Shown here one piece after another: positions 9,981-18,519 of a stretch of DNA of 64,000 bases. Positions within the stretch are counted from its first letter, which is position 1; each line of letters starts with the position of its first letter. The notes beneath the pieces were generated by a model, which searched no databases, was not told where the DNA came from, and saw only the letters and a list, made by a program, of their open reading frames with translations. This stretch comes from a virus (lineage: Duplodnaviria > Heunggongvirae > Uroviricota > Caudoviricetes). The translations under genes were made by a program, and so were the position numbers. The DNA lies in IMG/VR virus record IMGVR_UViG_3300035210_000190. One strand, 5' to 3'.

Positions 9981-10788
9981 ATGTTAAGGAAAACAATATC
10001 TAAGTTTTTAGTTTTATTTTTATCTTTTACTTTATTATTTTCATGTTTTTCAGTAGAAGCTGGCATAGTATCGAGAGTTGTAACAATCAAGGTTGTTCAA
10101 AAAATTCTTCCAAGCTTAATTAAAAACTATGGAAAAAAAGTTGGTAGTCATGCGGAAGATGTTGTAATTAATTACATTAAGAAAAATCCAAAAAAACAAC
10201 AACAAGGTCTTTGATTCTATTGATAACTATGTAAAGAAAAATCCACTTTACGCTCAAAATGCAGCTATGTTAAAAAATAAAATAACTCAAATAACGCCTG
10301 CTTTGGCTAAACAAAAAATAACAATACCGAAAAATGGTAAATGGTCTGGTGATGCTGGTAATTCAAATTTTTGGCCTAATAAAGTTCCATCTAAATCTAA
10401 GCATAATTTAGATGATTTACAAAGATTAGTAGGTAAAGATGGAATTAAATTTGAAAAAGGTTATCCAGATTTTACTGCATATAGAAAAGGTCATGTTAAT
10501 GTTCCAAATATGACAGGGGAACATGCAAAAGATGTTTCAAAGGCGGCAAAAGAATTTGTTCAGAACAAACAATTTAAAAATAAAAAAGCTGCAAAAGATT
10601 ATGCAACTAAACATGATTTAGCATGGCACCATGAACCAGATGGGAAAACTATGTCTTTAGTTCCAAGGATTGTTCATGACAATGTTAAACATCATGGTGG
10701 TGCTGATGCTTTGAGATCAGCAGTAAAAGCCAAGAAAGCTGCAGCTAGAGCAGCAAAAAAAGCAGCAAAATTAAAAAAGGTGCCCTAA
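9981..10788 (+). pseudogene. Secreted WHH-family (HNH/EndoVII) nuclease toxin split by a one-base frameshift
   Basis: Signal peptide ending VEA|GI (ORF 9981..10214); frame open from 10168 encodes GKWSGDAGNS..GYPDF..LAWHHEPDGKTMSLVP..HDNVKHHGG; removing one A from the A7 run at 10190..10196 fuses them into 268 aa. Confidence 0.8.
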
Positions 10789-10789
10789 A

Positions 10790-11263
10790 ATGATTAAAAA
10801 ATATTTTGAGATTACAGTTAAAAATAAAGCTTTAGGTAAGTTGTCTTTTTATTTTTATTTACTAGATAAACCATATAAGAATGTTATCGCAGAAGATGAT
10901 TTTGGAAATAAAATAATAAATGACGATTCAGGTATTTTACTTTATGTTCATGATGCTGATGATGGCGTTGACTATATAAAATTATTTGATAATTTAGAAC
11001 TTTTCTATGAGAAAACTAAATTTCATGAGAACGATAAAAGATTTGAAGATGATGACGAACCATTAAAATATAATGAATATAATCCAGAAGATATTGAACC
11101 ATGTTCTATTTATATTAGTGAATTTATAAAGACACTAGGAATAAAAAGACTTGTAACAAAGTATAAAGAAGGATCTTATTACAATATATCACAAGCTTAT
11201 ATTGATGGTTCAATAACAAAGGATGAATTTATATTGTTGTCTAATTTAGATATCATAAGATAA
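10790..11263 (+). CDS. Putative SUKH/SMI1-KNR4-like immunity protein
   Basis: Starts 1 nt after the toxin stop; IAEDDFGN...SGILLYVHD resembles the SUKH core. Confidence 0.6.
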   Translation: MIKKYFEITVKNKALGKLSFYFYLLDKPYKNVIAEDDFGNKIINDDSGILLYVHDADDGVDYIKLFDNLELFYEKTKFHENDKRFEDDDEPLKYNEYNPEDIEPCSIYISEFIKTLGIKRLVTKYKEGSYYNISQAYIDGSITKDEFILLSNLDIIR

Positions 11264-11441
11264 CATGTAGTTTGTATTAAGGCGATGTTACTTGTCATCT
11301 TTTCTATTGCCTTAATTTTGTAGTTCCTGTTAAATATATCTTCAATTTATAGACAGGTGAAGACTAGTTAACCACTGCGAATGTAATTCAACAATGCCTT
11401 CAATGGCTCTGTTCATTATCAAAGATGCCGAAGCCTCTTTT

Positions 11442-11945
11442 TTATAAGTTTCCTAATTCTTTACTTGATTCAATTTCTATTTGTTCTTTTGTCCCCATCT
11501 CTTTTATGGAATCATCATCTAAATTTATTCTAATTGAATCGTCCAATAATCCACCACTGCAGGAAGTCGTTAAAAGTTTATCACCAGATTCTATTGTGTA
11601 ATAATCTTTCATAAGTCCATCTTCTTTTTTTAATTCACCATATTTCTTTGATAATATACCAGCAACAATATCTAGTTCGTCAGGACAATATTTATCTGTT
11701 TTTTTTGTTGTCGTTATGTTGTATATCTTTTTACTTGTTGGTGTATATTCAACTTCTGCTGTTTTGAAGCCTTTAAAATCTATTCCATAAATAGCTTTAT
11801 TTTCTTCTGGCATGTCTCGTATGAAATTTGATTGTTCTTTATTTACTACGCTACCAAGTTCTAATCCAAATATTTTATTTATATCCTCTGCATATGCAGT
11901 TTGTGTTAATATTATCATTGATGTCAAAACAATTCTTTTTATCAT
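11442..11945 (-). CDS. Secreted/periplasmic protein, paralog of 17871..18377
   Basis: Signal peptide ending AYA; IFxLELGS, GF....YTPT..KIYNI, AGILSKxYG and a two-Cys pattern shared. Confidence 0.85.
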   Translation of the reverse strand: MIKRIVLTSMIILTQTAYAEDINKIFGLELGSVVNKEQSNFIRDMPEENKAIYGIDFKGFKTAEVEYTPTSKKIYNITTTKKTDKYCPDELDIVAGILSKKYGELKKEDGLMKDYYTIESGDKLLTTSCSGGLLDDSIRINLDDDSIKEMGTKEQIEIESSKELGNL

Positions 11946-12049
11946 ATTATAAAATAAAGTTAATTAGACATATTTTAATATTTATACATTAAATGTCAAT
12001 TTTATTTATTTTAAGTTTTAAACCTATAGTAATTGAGGCAAAACAAACT

Positions 12050-12142
12050 ATGATGTTGCGTGGTGGGTTTGTGGTTTCAATGAGTTCATGGCTGGTTTTT
12101 GTAATCGTCACTACGATTTCTAAACTTCATCACCATGTTTAA
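12050..12142 (+). CDS. Possible 30-aa hydrophobic peptide MMLRGGFVVSMSSWLVFVIVTTISKLHHHV
   Basis: GAGG RBS 11 nt upstream; terminator GAGGC-TACG-GCCTC immediately after; below the ORF-track cutoff. Confidence 0.4.
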   Translation: MMLRGGFVVSMSSWLVFVIVTTISKLHHHV

Positions 12143-12263
12143 GAATAGAGGCTACGGCCTCTTTTTTGTTTTCTAAAATATAAGTTGCTTTATTTTTAGT
12201 TTTCATTTATACTCCGATTTTTCATGAATAATGAAAAAAAATTATAATAGGAATGTATCATAA

Positions 12264-13565
12264 ATGAATCAAGAACTTTTTGTTGAAAAAATTATTAAAA
12301 ATCCATTAATTTTATTGAATGACTTTTCTACATTAGGATTTAAACTTTATGATAATCGCTTAGGTCAATCTAATTATGACGAAGGATCTAATCGTGTAAA
12401 TTTTGAAGATCATAGAATTACTTCAGTTTTTGATTATGATAATGATCTGATTATAGCTATTTTTGAAAAAATATTTCCAGAGAAAGGGCTATATACTGTT
12501 AAAAATTTCTTTTCTATTCTTAACTTTTATCAAATAATTTTTTCTAAAAATTGTTATTACAATGAAGAATGTCACATTGTATTTTTAAAGAATTATTTTA
12601 GCTTTAAAAGTCCTTTATTCAGTTTTAGCTTTATTGATGGTGTTTTTGAAGAGATTGAATTAACTAATGAACTTTTTTTTAAATACAGGGATATTGAAAA
12701 AATAACAATAGACGCATTGTATGAATTAATTTTTAAAAACTTTAAATCTGCGTTTTACCAATATTTTAAAGATGACAACATTATTATTGATAATAATATT
12801 GTACATAAAATTATTAATGGAACTACATGGGAATATTATGAAAAAAAATTTTCTAATAAATCTTTTAAAATAATGGATGATTACACATTTAATGAAAGAC
12901 TTCGTAATTACGCTCATCCAATTAAAATAAACCACGCATCTGTAACAGTCGAAAATATCCCATTAAAAACTTTGCTTGTTGGTGCTTTTGATGAAGATTT
13001 TAAAGAAGGTGAATGCATAAATCAATTGGGGTTTTTCAAGGATTTTGATTACTTTATAGAAGAATATTACTTTTCTGATATAAGTTTTAATTCAAATGAT
13101 CATTTTTTTGTTAAATATATTTTAAAAGATGTCTTGGATGAAATAGAACTTTCTTATTTAACTTCTGTATTTTCTTTGCTTCAATTTTATGATGAACTTT
13201 TTATTAATAATTGTGCTACGAGAGATTTCAAAAGAAGATCAAATGCAAAATACTCTGATGATTTACAATACCTTATTGGTAAAAAAATTTCTATGCATAG
13301 GCGTAGTTATTCAGATATTGATCGATCTCCTAGAGAAGATGATCATGCTTACCTGTTTATACTATCTAGTTTTGCTTTGTATCTAGGAGATAAAAATTTA
13401 GAATTAAGTCTTCATGATAATGAAAAAATAATTAAGGATAGTTTCATTGATATTTATAATGAGTTATTAAAAATTGTCAATAAAAAAATAAACGAAGCAC
13501 TCAATGTTGAGTCTGATTTTGTAACCGTTGATGATCTTCGATTATTGGAAATTATGCTATATTGA
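12264..13565 (+). CDS. Hypothetical protein ending ...DDLRLLEIMLY
   Basis: 433-aa AT-rich ORF; bidirectional terminator at 13591..13616. Confidence 0.85.
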   Translation: MNQELFVEKIIKNPLILLNDFSTLGFKLYDNRLGQSNYDEGSNRVNFEDHRITSVFDYDNDLIIAIFEKIFPEKGLYTVKNFFSILNFYQIIFSKNCYYNEECHIVFLKNYFSFKSPLFSFSFIDGVFEEIELTNELFFKYRDIEKITIDALYELIFKNFKSAFYQYFKDDNIIIDNNIVHKIINGTTWEYYEKKFSNKSFKIMDDYTFNERLRNYAHPIKINHASVTVENIPLKTLLVGAFDEDFKEGECINQLGFFKDFDYFIEEYYFSDISFNSNDHFFVKYILKDVLDEIELSYLTSVFSLLQFYDELFINNCATRDFKRRSNAKYSDDLQYLIGKKISMHRRSYSDIDRSPREDDHAYLFILSSFALYLGDKNLELSLHDNEKIIKDSFIDIYNELLKIVNKKINEALNVESDFVTVDDLRLLEIMLY

Positions 13566-13640
13566 TCTAAATATCAGATTTCTACATGATAAAAAAGAGG
13601 CAGAAGCCTCTTTTTTGTTATTCAGTTTATTTTTTTGTTA

Positions 13641-14393
13641 TTACATCAAGAACATTTTGACTAGACACAAACGATCTTTAAACTCATCAGAATTAAAATC
13701 GTAGGCCGATTCAATATTTATTTCTGGTAAGGTTTCTGTTATCATTTCATTGTTTTTGTTGAAATAAAGTCCCATTAAAAAGAGTTCTTCTTCTTCAGTA
13801 CACACCATATCTTTATTCTTTTTGAGTTTTGTTGATTTAGAATCTTTTACTCTTAATCTAACAACAAAATCTTCTTCCAGATCACGTCCCATGAATTTGA
13901 ATTCTGAATCATATATCAATCTGATGATACCTCTATCAAATTTTGATCCATTTACAAAATACATTAATGAAAAATCAATATGGTCAATATTTTGCTTGCT
14001 ATCAAAATAGATTTCAAACTTACAACCATGAACACTTCTGTTACCACCAAAAACGAAGCTGAATGGGTTTGTCGTTTTTTTGAGCGTCATGACTGATGTT
14101 GGTAAGTCTTTGCCTTTCGGTGATCGTGTAAATTTAAATGTGAACTTATCATCGAATAAGGTATCTCTGCGAACAAGGCAGTCATGTAAATGTTCAATTA
14201 ATTTATAGTTAAGGTCGAAATGTTTAATCACTTTAACGGTTTGTTTAAATACTTTTTCTCGAACTGATTTAAGCTCGTCTTTTTCCTGATTTTCATCTAA
14301 ATCATCTTTACTTTTCTTCATGGTTTTAGACATTAAAAAAATCTCGTTAAATTTGTGAGCTTTAATATTATCATACTTATCCATCATTCGCAA
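13641..14393 (-). CDS. Hypothetical protein, paralog of 20042..20737, with C-terminal SAYDF motif
   Basis: CL...FDD/ERF, FD..QNI.H and LPE...SAYDFNS..F..R blocks shared. Confidence 0.85.
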   Translation of the reverse strand: MRMMDKYDNIKAHKFNEIFLMSKTMKKSKDDLDENQEKDELKSVREKVFKQTVKVIKHFDLNYKLIEHLHDCLVRRDTLFDDKFTFKFTRSPKGKDLPTSVMTLKKTTNPFSFVFGGNRSVHGCKFEIYFDSKQNIDHIDFSLMYFVNGSKFDRGIIRLIYDSEFKFMGRDLEEDFVVRLRVKDSKSTKLKKNKDMVCTEEEELFLMGLYFNKNNEMITETLPEINIESAYDFNSDEFKDRLCLVKMFLM

Positions 14394-14446
14394 GTTTTCA
14401 TTGACTATACAATGCTTTTAATGTATGTTAATGCTATCTAATAGGA

Positions 14447-15076
14447 GTGATTTGTATGTTTATTAACTTTGTGTTCAAGTTTTTTGAATTTTTACTTAAA
14501 CCTGTTTGTTGGTTTAAATATGCAATCTACTCGTTAGGTTCTCTGAAAAAAGAGTTGTGCTCATTTTTGAACAACTATTACCAAGTGGATACTTTCAAGC
14601 CAGAAGACTATAGTGTTCGTGTTTATATCTTTGGTGGTTTCTACATCTATAACAAAAAGACGAAAGAAATTATTGCTAGCAGCCCAGATATGAAATCTAA
14701 ATTTCTTGAAATCAAGTTGGATAAAATGCAATCCAAAGAATTCCCTAAGAGTCAGTTGTCCGAGCTTAATAAATTTTTCAAGGTTGATGAAAAGATCTCT
14801 CTTTGGCATGTTGATAGCAAAATAAATCAAATTAGACACACCATTACATTGAATCCACATAAAACAAAAGAATATAGTCTTGAAGATGATGAAACGGTTT
14901 ATACGGATGTTTGCATTATCAAACGAGGTGATGGTACCGTGACTAGTCTCTATAAAGAACTGTATGATTTTAGTTTTATGCATGGTAATCGCCTTAGCTT
15001 AGCGAATTATGCTAATAATTATAAGATTGAAGACATTTTTAATGACGTTCTACGAGAAAAGAACGCTATTATTTAA
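14447..15076 (+). CDS. Hypothetical protein
   Basis: 209-aa ORF with GGAG RBS; exact start uncertain (14447 or 14456). Confidence 0.75.
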   Translation: MICMFINFVFKFFEFLLKPVCWFKYAIYSLGSLKKELCSFLNNYYQVDTFKPEDYSVRVYIFGGFYIYNKKTKEIIASSPDMKSKFLEIKLDKMQSKEFPKSQLSELNKFFKVDEKISLWHVDSKINQIRHTITLNPHKTKEYSLEDDETVYTDVCIIKRGDGTVTSLYKELYDFSFMHGNRLSLANYANNYKIEDIFNDVLREKNAII

Positions 15077-15147
15077 TCAAACGATGCCTTGCATAAACAG
15101 CTCTTTGATGTTAAAATAAACGTTCATTTAACAGTCAGGTCATCACC

Positions 15148-15495
15148 ATGAGCATTAATATTAACTACCAAGATTGGAATTCAGCCGAAGAATGCCTTCA
15201 ATGGCTCTTTGCTAACCATTCTGATATGCATTGCTACGGTGGTTTGCATGTCTGGCAAGAATCCTTTGCAACACTGGGTGGTGGAATGTTGACGGGTGGT
15301 TTCCAACACCTTCATCCAGAAATGCTTGTTGATCGTGTTTATTCTGTCCGCTTCTCTGACCGTTCAGTTGCTGTTTGCTACCACGATGAAGTTTTTGCTG
15401 TAGAGATTCCTAATAGGATTAACACATTGAAAACACGGCGTGTCATTCTTCGTCTACCCACAATTACACAAGAAATCGAAACGCCACTTGAATAA
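15148..15495 (+). CDS. Hypothetical protein, paralog of 15549..15860
   Basis: Shared WNSAEECL, GG..G, GRVY.V.F.D, NRI motifs; own promoter. Confidence 0.85.
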   Translation: MSININYQDWNSAEECLQWLFANHSDMHCYGGLHVWQESFATLGGGMLTGGFQHLHPEMLVDRVYSVRFSDRSVAVCYHDEVFAVEIPNRINTLKTRRVILRLPTITQEIETPLE

Positions 15496-15548
15496 AAAGG
15501 TGTTTTTTGATATAATCACAGCCTACCAAACAGATTAGGTGTTAAGAC

Positions 15549-15860
15549 ATGTCGAAGTTCAACGTTTACCCACGCGAATGGAACTCAGCCGAAGAATGTC
15601 TTGACCATTTCTTTAAAGATAATAACAGCGTACACCTTTACAAAGAGTATCATGCTCTGGGTGGTGGTAAAGCAGGTAGTTATGGCTTTATCTCTCAGAA
15701 ACAGCTTGAAGGACGTGTGTACACAGTTTTCTTTCTCGATAGCTACCTTGCAATTCATTTCCATGACACCGTTTTCATTCGGGATGTTAAAAACAGAATT
15801 CCCCACAACACCTTGAATTCGCATTGTGTTCATGTTCGGATTACACTGCCCAACAACTGA
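15549..15860 (+). CDS. Hypothetical protein, paralog of 15148..15495
   Basis: Same shared motifs; own TATAAT and AGGTG RBS. Confidence 0.85.
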   Translation: MSKFNVYPREWNSAEECLDHFFKDNNSVHLYKEYHALGGGKAGSYGFISQKQLEGRVYTVFFLDSYLAIHFHDTVFIRDVKNRIPHNTLNSHCVHVRITLPNN

Positions 15861-15980
15861 AAAACACTTGAAATTGTGGTTGTCTTTTGGTATAATGAAT
15901 CTAACACGGCCATCATTTGGATTAGTTTTTAACTTGTTCAACTTGATGGTTTTTTATTTCTACTTCATAGGAATCATTCC

Positions 15981-16298
15981 ATGACCTCTAAAATCGTTCT
16001 CGCCATCGGTTATGCTTGCCCATCCAACAGCAACCTCGCTCAATTCGCACCAGACAGCGTTAAGGTTTGGCATCAAGGCGACACCGCTTTTGTGGGCATG
16101 ACTGTCGTTAATGATCTGACAGATCTTCTTGATGTCTCCAATCTCGATAAGGACGCTATCAAGTCTCAGTTTGACAGCTACCGTAAAATCGTTCAATCGG
16201 TGGCAGGTGAAGGTAAATGGAAGTCTTTGGATGACCGCCATGATTGGTTTGAGTTGTTCACATCTGGTGAGCCACAGATTGTTGCGTTGGCAGTTTAA
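15981..16298 (+). CDS. Hypothetical protein
   Basis: AGGA RBS; followed by TTCG terminator at 16314..16338. Confidence 0.75.
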   Translation: MTSKIVLAIGYACPSNSNLAQFAPDSVKVWHQGDTAFVGMTVVNDLTDLLDVSNLDKDAIKSQFDSYRKIVQSVAGEGKWKSLDDRHDWFELFTSGEPQIVALAV

Positions 16299-16398
16299 TG
16301 CTTTTCTTCCATTAAAAAGGGGCTTCGGCCTCTTTTTTGTTGTTGTTTTTGTGTTTTTTTGATATACTAATCATCTGTTAAATTCTTGGAGTTCATGT

Positions 16399-16935
16399 AT
16401 GACACATATTAAAATTGTTGAAAAACTTGATGAAGCCACTGTTCGACGTGTACTTGATGGTTCTGCTACTTTGGCAGAATTCAACAGTTTGGAGCCGCTT
16501 ATTGTAGATCGCTTGAACTATGTGGTTCGCAAAATTGTTGAACTCAGCAACCTGACCTTGGACTGGTGGGATTTTGATAACTTGGGTGAAGGCAAGGAAG
16601 ATGATGGCTTCTTTGACCGTAATGCCTACTCACATTCTGTTGGCATTGTGAGAGTGTGTCATGGAAGTTCTTATAAAAACATTTGTTTTGATAAGTATGC
16701 AGAGTCTATTCCAGTTGAATTTATTTGGAGTGACTTTGAAGACCAAGTTTCCAAAGAATTTGAAGACTTCAAAAATCACATTGATGTCAATGCTATTCAT
16801 GCCGCCAATAAAGCAGTTGAAGCCAAACAAGCATTTGACTGTATGGTTGCTTCTATTAAAGCCAAGTTGACGCCAGAAGAATTGGCTTACATTGAATTCA
16901 GATCTCCAAAACGCTCAGATAAACGTCGAAAATAA
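16399..16935 (+). CDS. Hypothetical protein
   Basis: GGAG RBS, upstream TATACT, terminator at 16955..16976. Confidence 0.8.
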   Translation: MTHIKIVEKLDEATVRRVLDGSATLAEFNSLEPLIVDRLNYVVRKIVELSNLTLDWWDFDNLGEGKEDDGFFDRNAYSHSVGIVRVCHGSSYKNICFDKYAESIPVEFIWSDFEDQVSKEFEDFKNHIDVNAIHAANKAVEAKQAFDCMVASIKAKLTPEELAYIEFRSPKRSDKRRK

Positions 16936-16954
16936 ATATACTGTTCGTTAAAAC

Positions 16955-16976
16955 AAGAGGCTTCGGCCTCTTTTTT
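16955..16976 (+). terminator. Intrinsic terminator (GAGGC-TTCG-GCCTC family)
   Basis: AAGAGGC-TTCG-GCCTCTTTTTT, identical to 23602..23623. Confidence 0.9.
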
Positions 16977-17043
16977 GTTAATTTTTTGTAGTTGTATCTC
17001 TTTAAATAATGAGTATAATAATACTATAAATATTAGAGTTGAT

Positions 17044-17844
17044 ATGTTAAAAGTTTCTTTCTTAATTCCCGCTTATAATGCCCAAGATACACTTCCAATA
17101 TTGGTTCATAAACTTTTAAAACAAGCTGGTGATATTTATCCTCTTGAATTGGTTATCAGTGAAGATGATGGCTTCTCATATAGAACGATATTACCAGAAG
17201 ATAAACGTATTGTTTATGCTGTTAAAGGTTTGAAATCAAGACCGGGGCCAGCCAGAACAAGAGCACTTGAAGCTGCTACTGGTTCACATATTTCTGTTTT
17301 GGACGCAGATGATGATGTTTCCGATGATTATTTGATGAAAATTTACACTACTTTAAAAACCTACAACGTGTTTGCGATTCAAACCGTCTACAAAAAAGAT
17401 GGTCTGGTTATTCGTTCGTTTGATGAAAAAATGTTAACCGTTGATAATTTTATTAACTTCTATGGCAGTATTCATACGATTGCACCCAGACATTGGACAA
17501 CTAAATACGTCAATATCACGGCTCAGGATGTGTTAGCGACATTGAATGTCATAGTAAGAAACAATGGACTTGTTCCAGTGATAGATGCTCAATATATTCT
17601 TAATATTCATGATGGTTCTTATTGTTCACTTAATATCTCAATCTTTAATAATACCTATCAACAAGGTATCAATGAAAGTGTTAAGATTGCAAAAGAGTTA
17701 AAAAATGAAAAACTAGCTCCGTTGATTAAACGTATGTATCAAGCTAGGTTGGATATGGGGATATTGTTTGATAAGGAAGTTAAAAACCATGAGTACACTA
17801 ATTACCATCAATACATTCTTAATGTTTTAAAAAATAACAATTAA
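17044..17844 (+). CDS. Family 2 glycosyltransferase (GT-A fold)
   Basis: VSFLIPAYNA, SEDDG, GPARTRALEAATG and VLDADD (DxD) are classic GT2 motifs; ATG 17044 preferred. Confidence 0.85.
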   Translation: MLKVSFLIPAYNAQDTLPILVHKLLKQAGDIYPLELVISEDDGFSYRTILPEDKRIVYAVKGLKSRPGPARTRALEAATGSHISVLDADDDVSDDYLMKIYTTLKTYNVFAIQTVYKKDGLVIRSFDEKMLTVDNFINFYGSIHTIAPRHWTTKYVNITAQDVLATLNVIVRNNGLVPVIDAQYILNIHDGSYCSLNISIFNNTYQQGINESVKIAKELKNEKLAPLIKRMYQARLDMGILFDKEVKNHEYTNYHQYILNVLKNNN

Positions 17845-17870
17845 AGAAAGAGGCGGTAGCCTCTTTTTAA

Positions 17871-18377
17871 TTAAAAATTATTAGATTCTTTTACAGCTTC
17901 TATTTCTATTATTTCTTGTTTATTTATTTTTTCTAAATCTTTATCTGTCAACATTATGATAATATCTTTATCTACAAATCCATTACATCCAATTAAAAGA
18001 CTTTTATTACCTGATATTATTTCATAATATATATTACGAGAACTTTTTGAAACTTCAAAGTTACCATATCTTTTTGATAATATACCAGCAATAAGCTCAG
18101 CTTCTGCATTGCAATTGGTTTCTGCTGGTTTTAATGTTGCAATATTATATATTTTATTTGTTGTTGGGGTGTAGTTCGCCATAACTTTTGTAAAGCCTTT
18201 AAAATCAATTCGATAGTATGCTTTATATTTATCTTTTTCATTATTTATAATATTTTCTTTATTTTCATCTATTTTACTGCCAAGTTCAAGATCAAATATT
18301 TTACTTAGATTGTCAGCATAAACTTGTGAGCTTAACAACAACATTGAACTTAAAATTATTTTTTTTAACATTTTCAT
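17871..18377 (-). CDS. Secreted/periplasmic protein, paralog of 11442..11945
   Basis: Signal peptide ending VYA; shared motifs. Confidence 0.85.
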   Translation of the reverse strand: MKMLKKIILSSMLLLSSQVYADNLSKIFDLELGSKIDENKENIINNEKDKYKAYYRIDFKGFTKVMANYTPTTNKIYNIATLKPAETNCNAEAELIAGILSKRYGNFEVSKSSRNIYYEIISGNKSLLIGCNGFVDKDIIIMLTDKDLEKINKQEIIEIEAVKESNNF

Positions 18378-18519
18378 TCTTCTTGTTTATTATTTATATT
18401 TTAGTATTTTATTGATTTATTGTCAAACCATGTTCAATTTTACTAATATTTTCATAAGGTTATTGCTATTTTCATTTTCCTTTGCTACGATTGTCTAACT
18501 ATTAGGAGATTGACCATAC

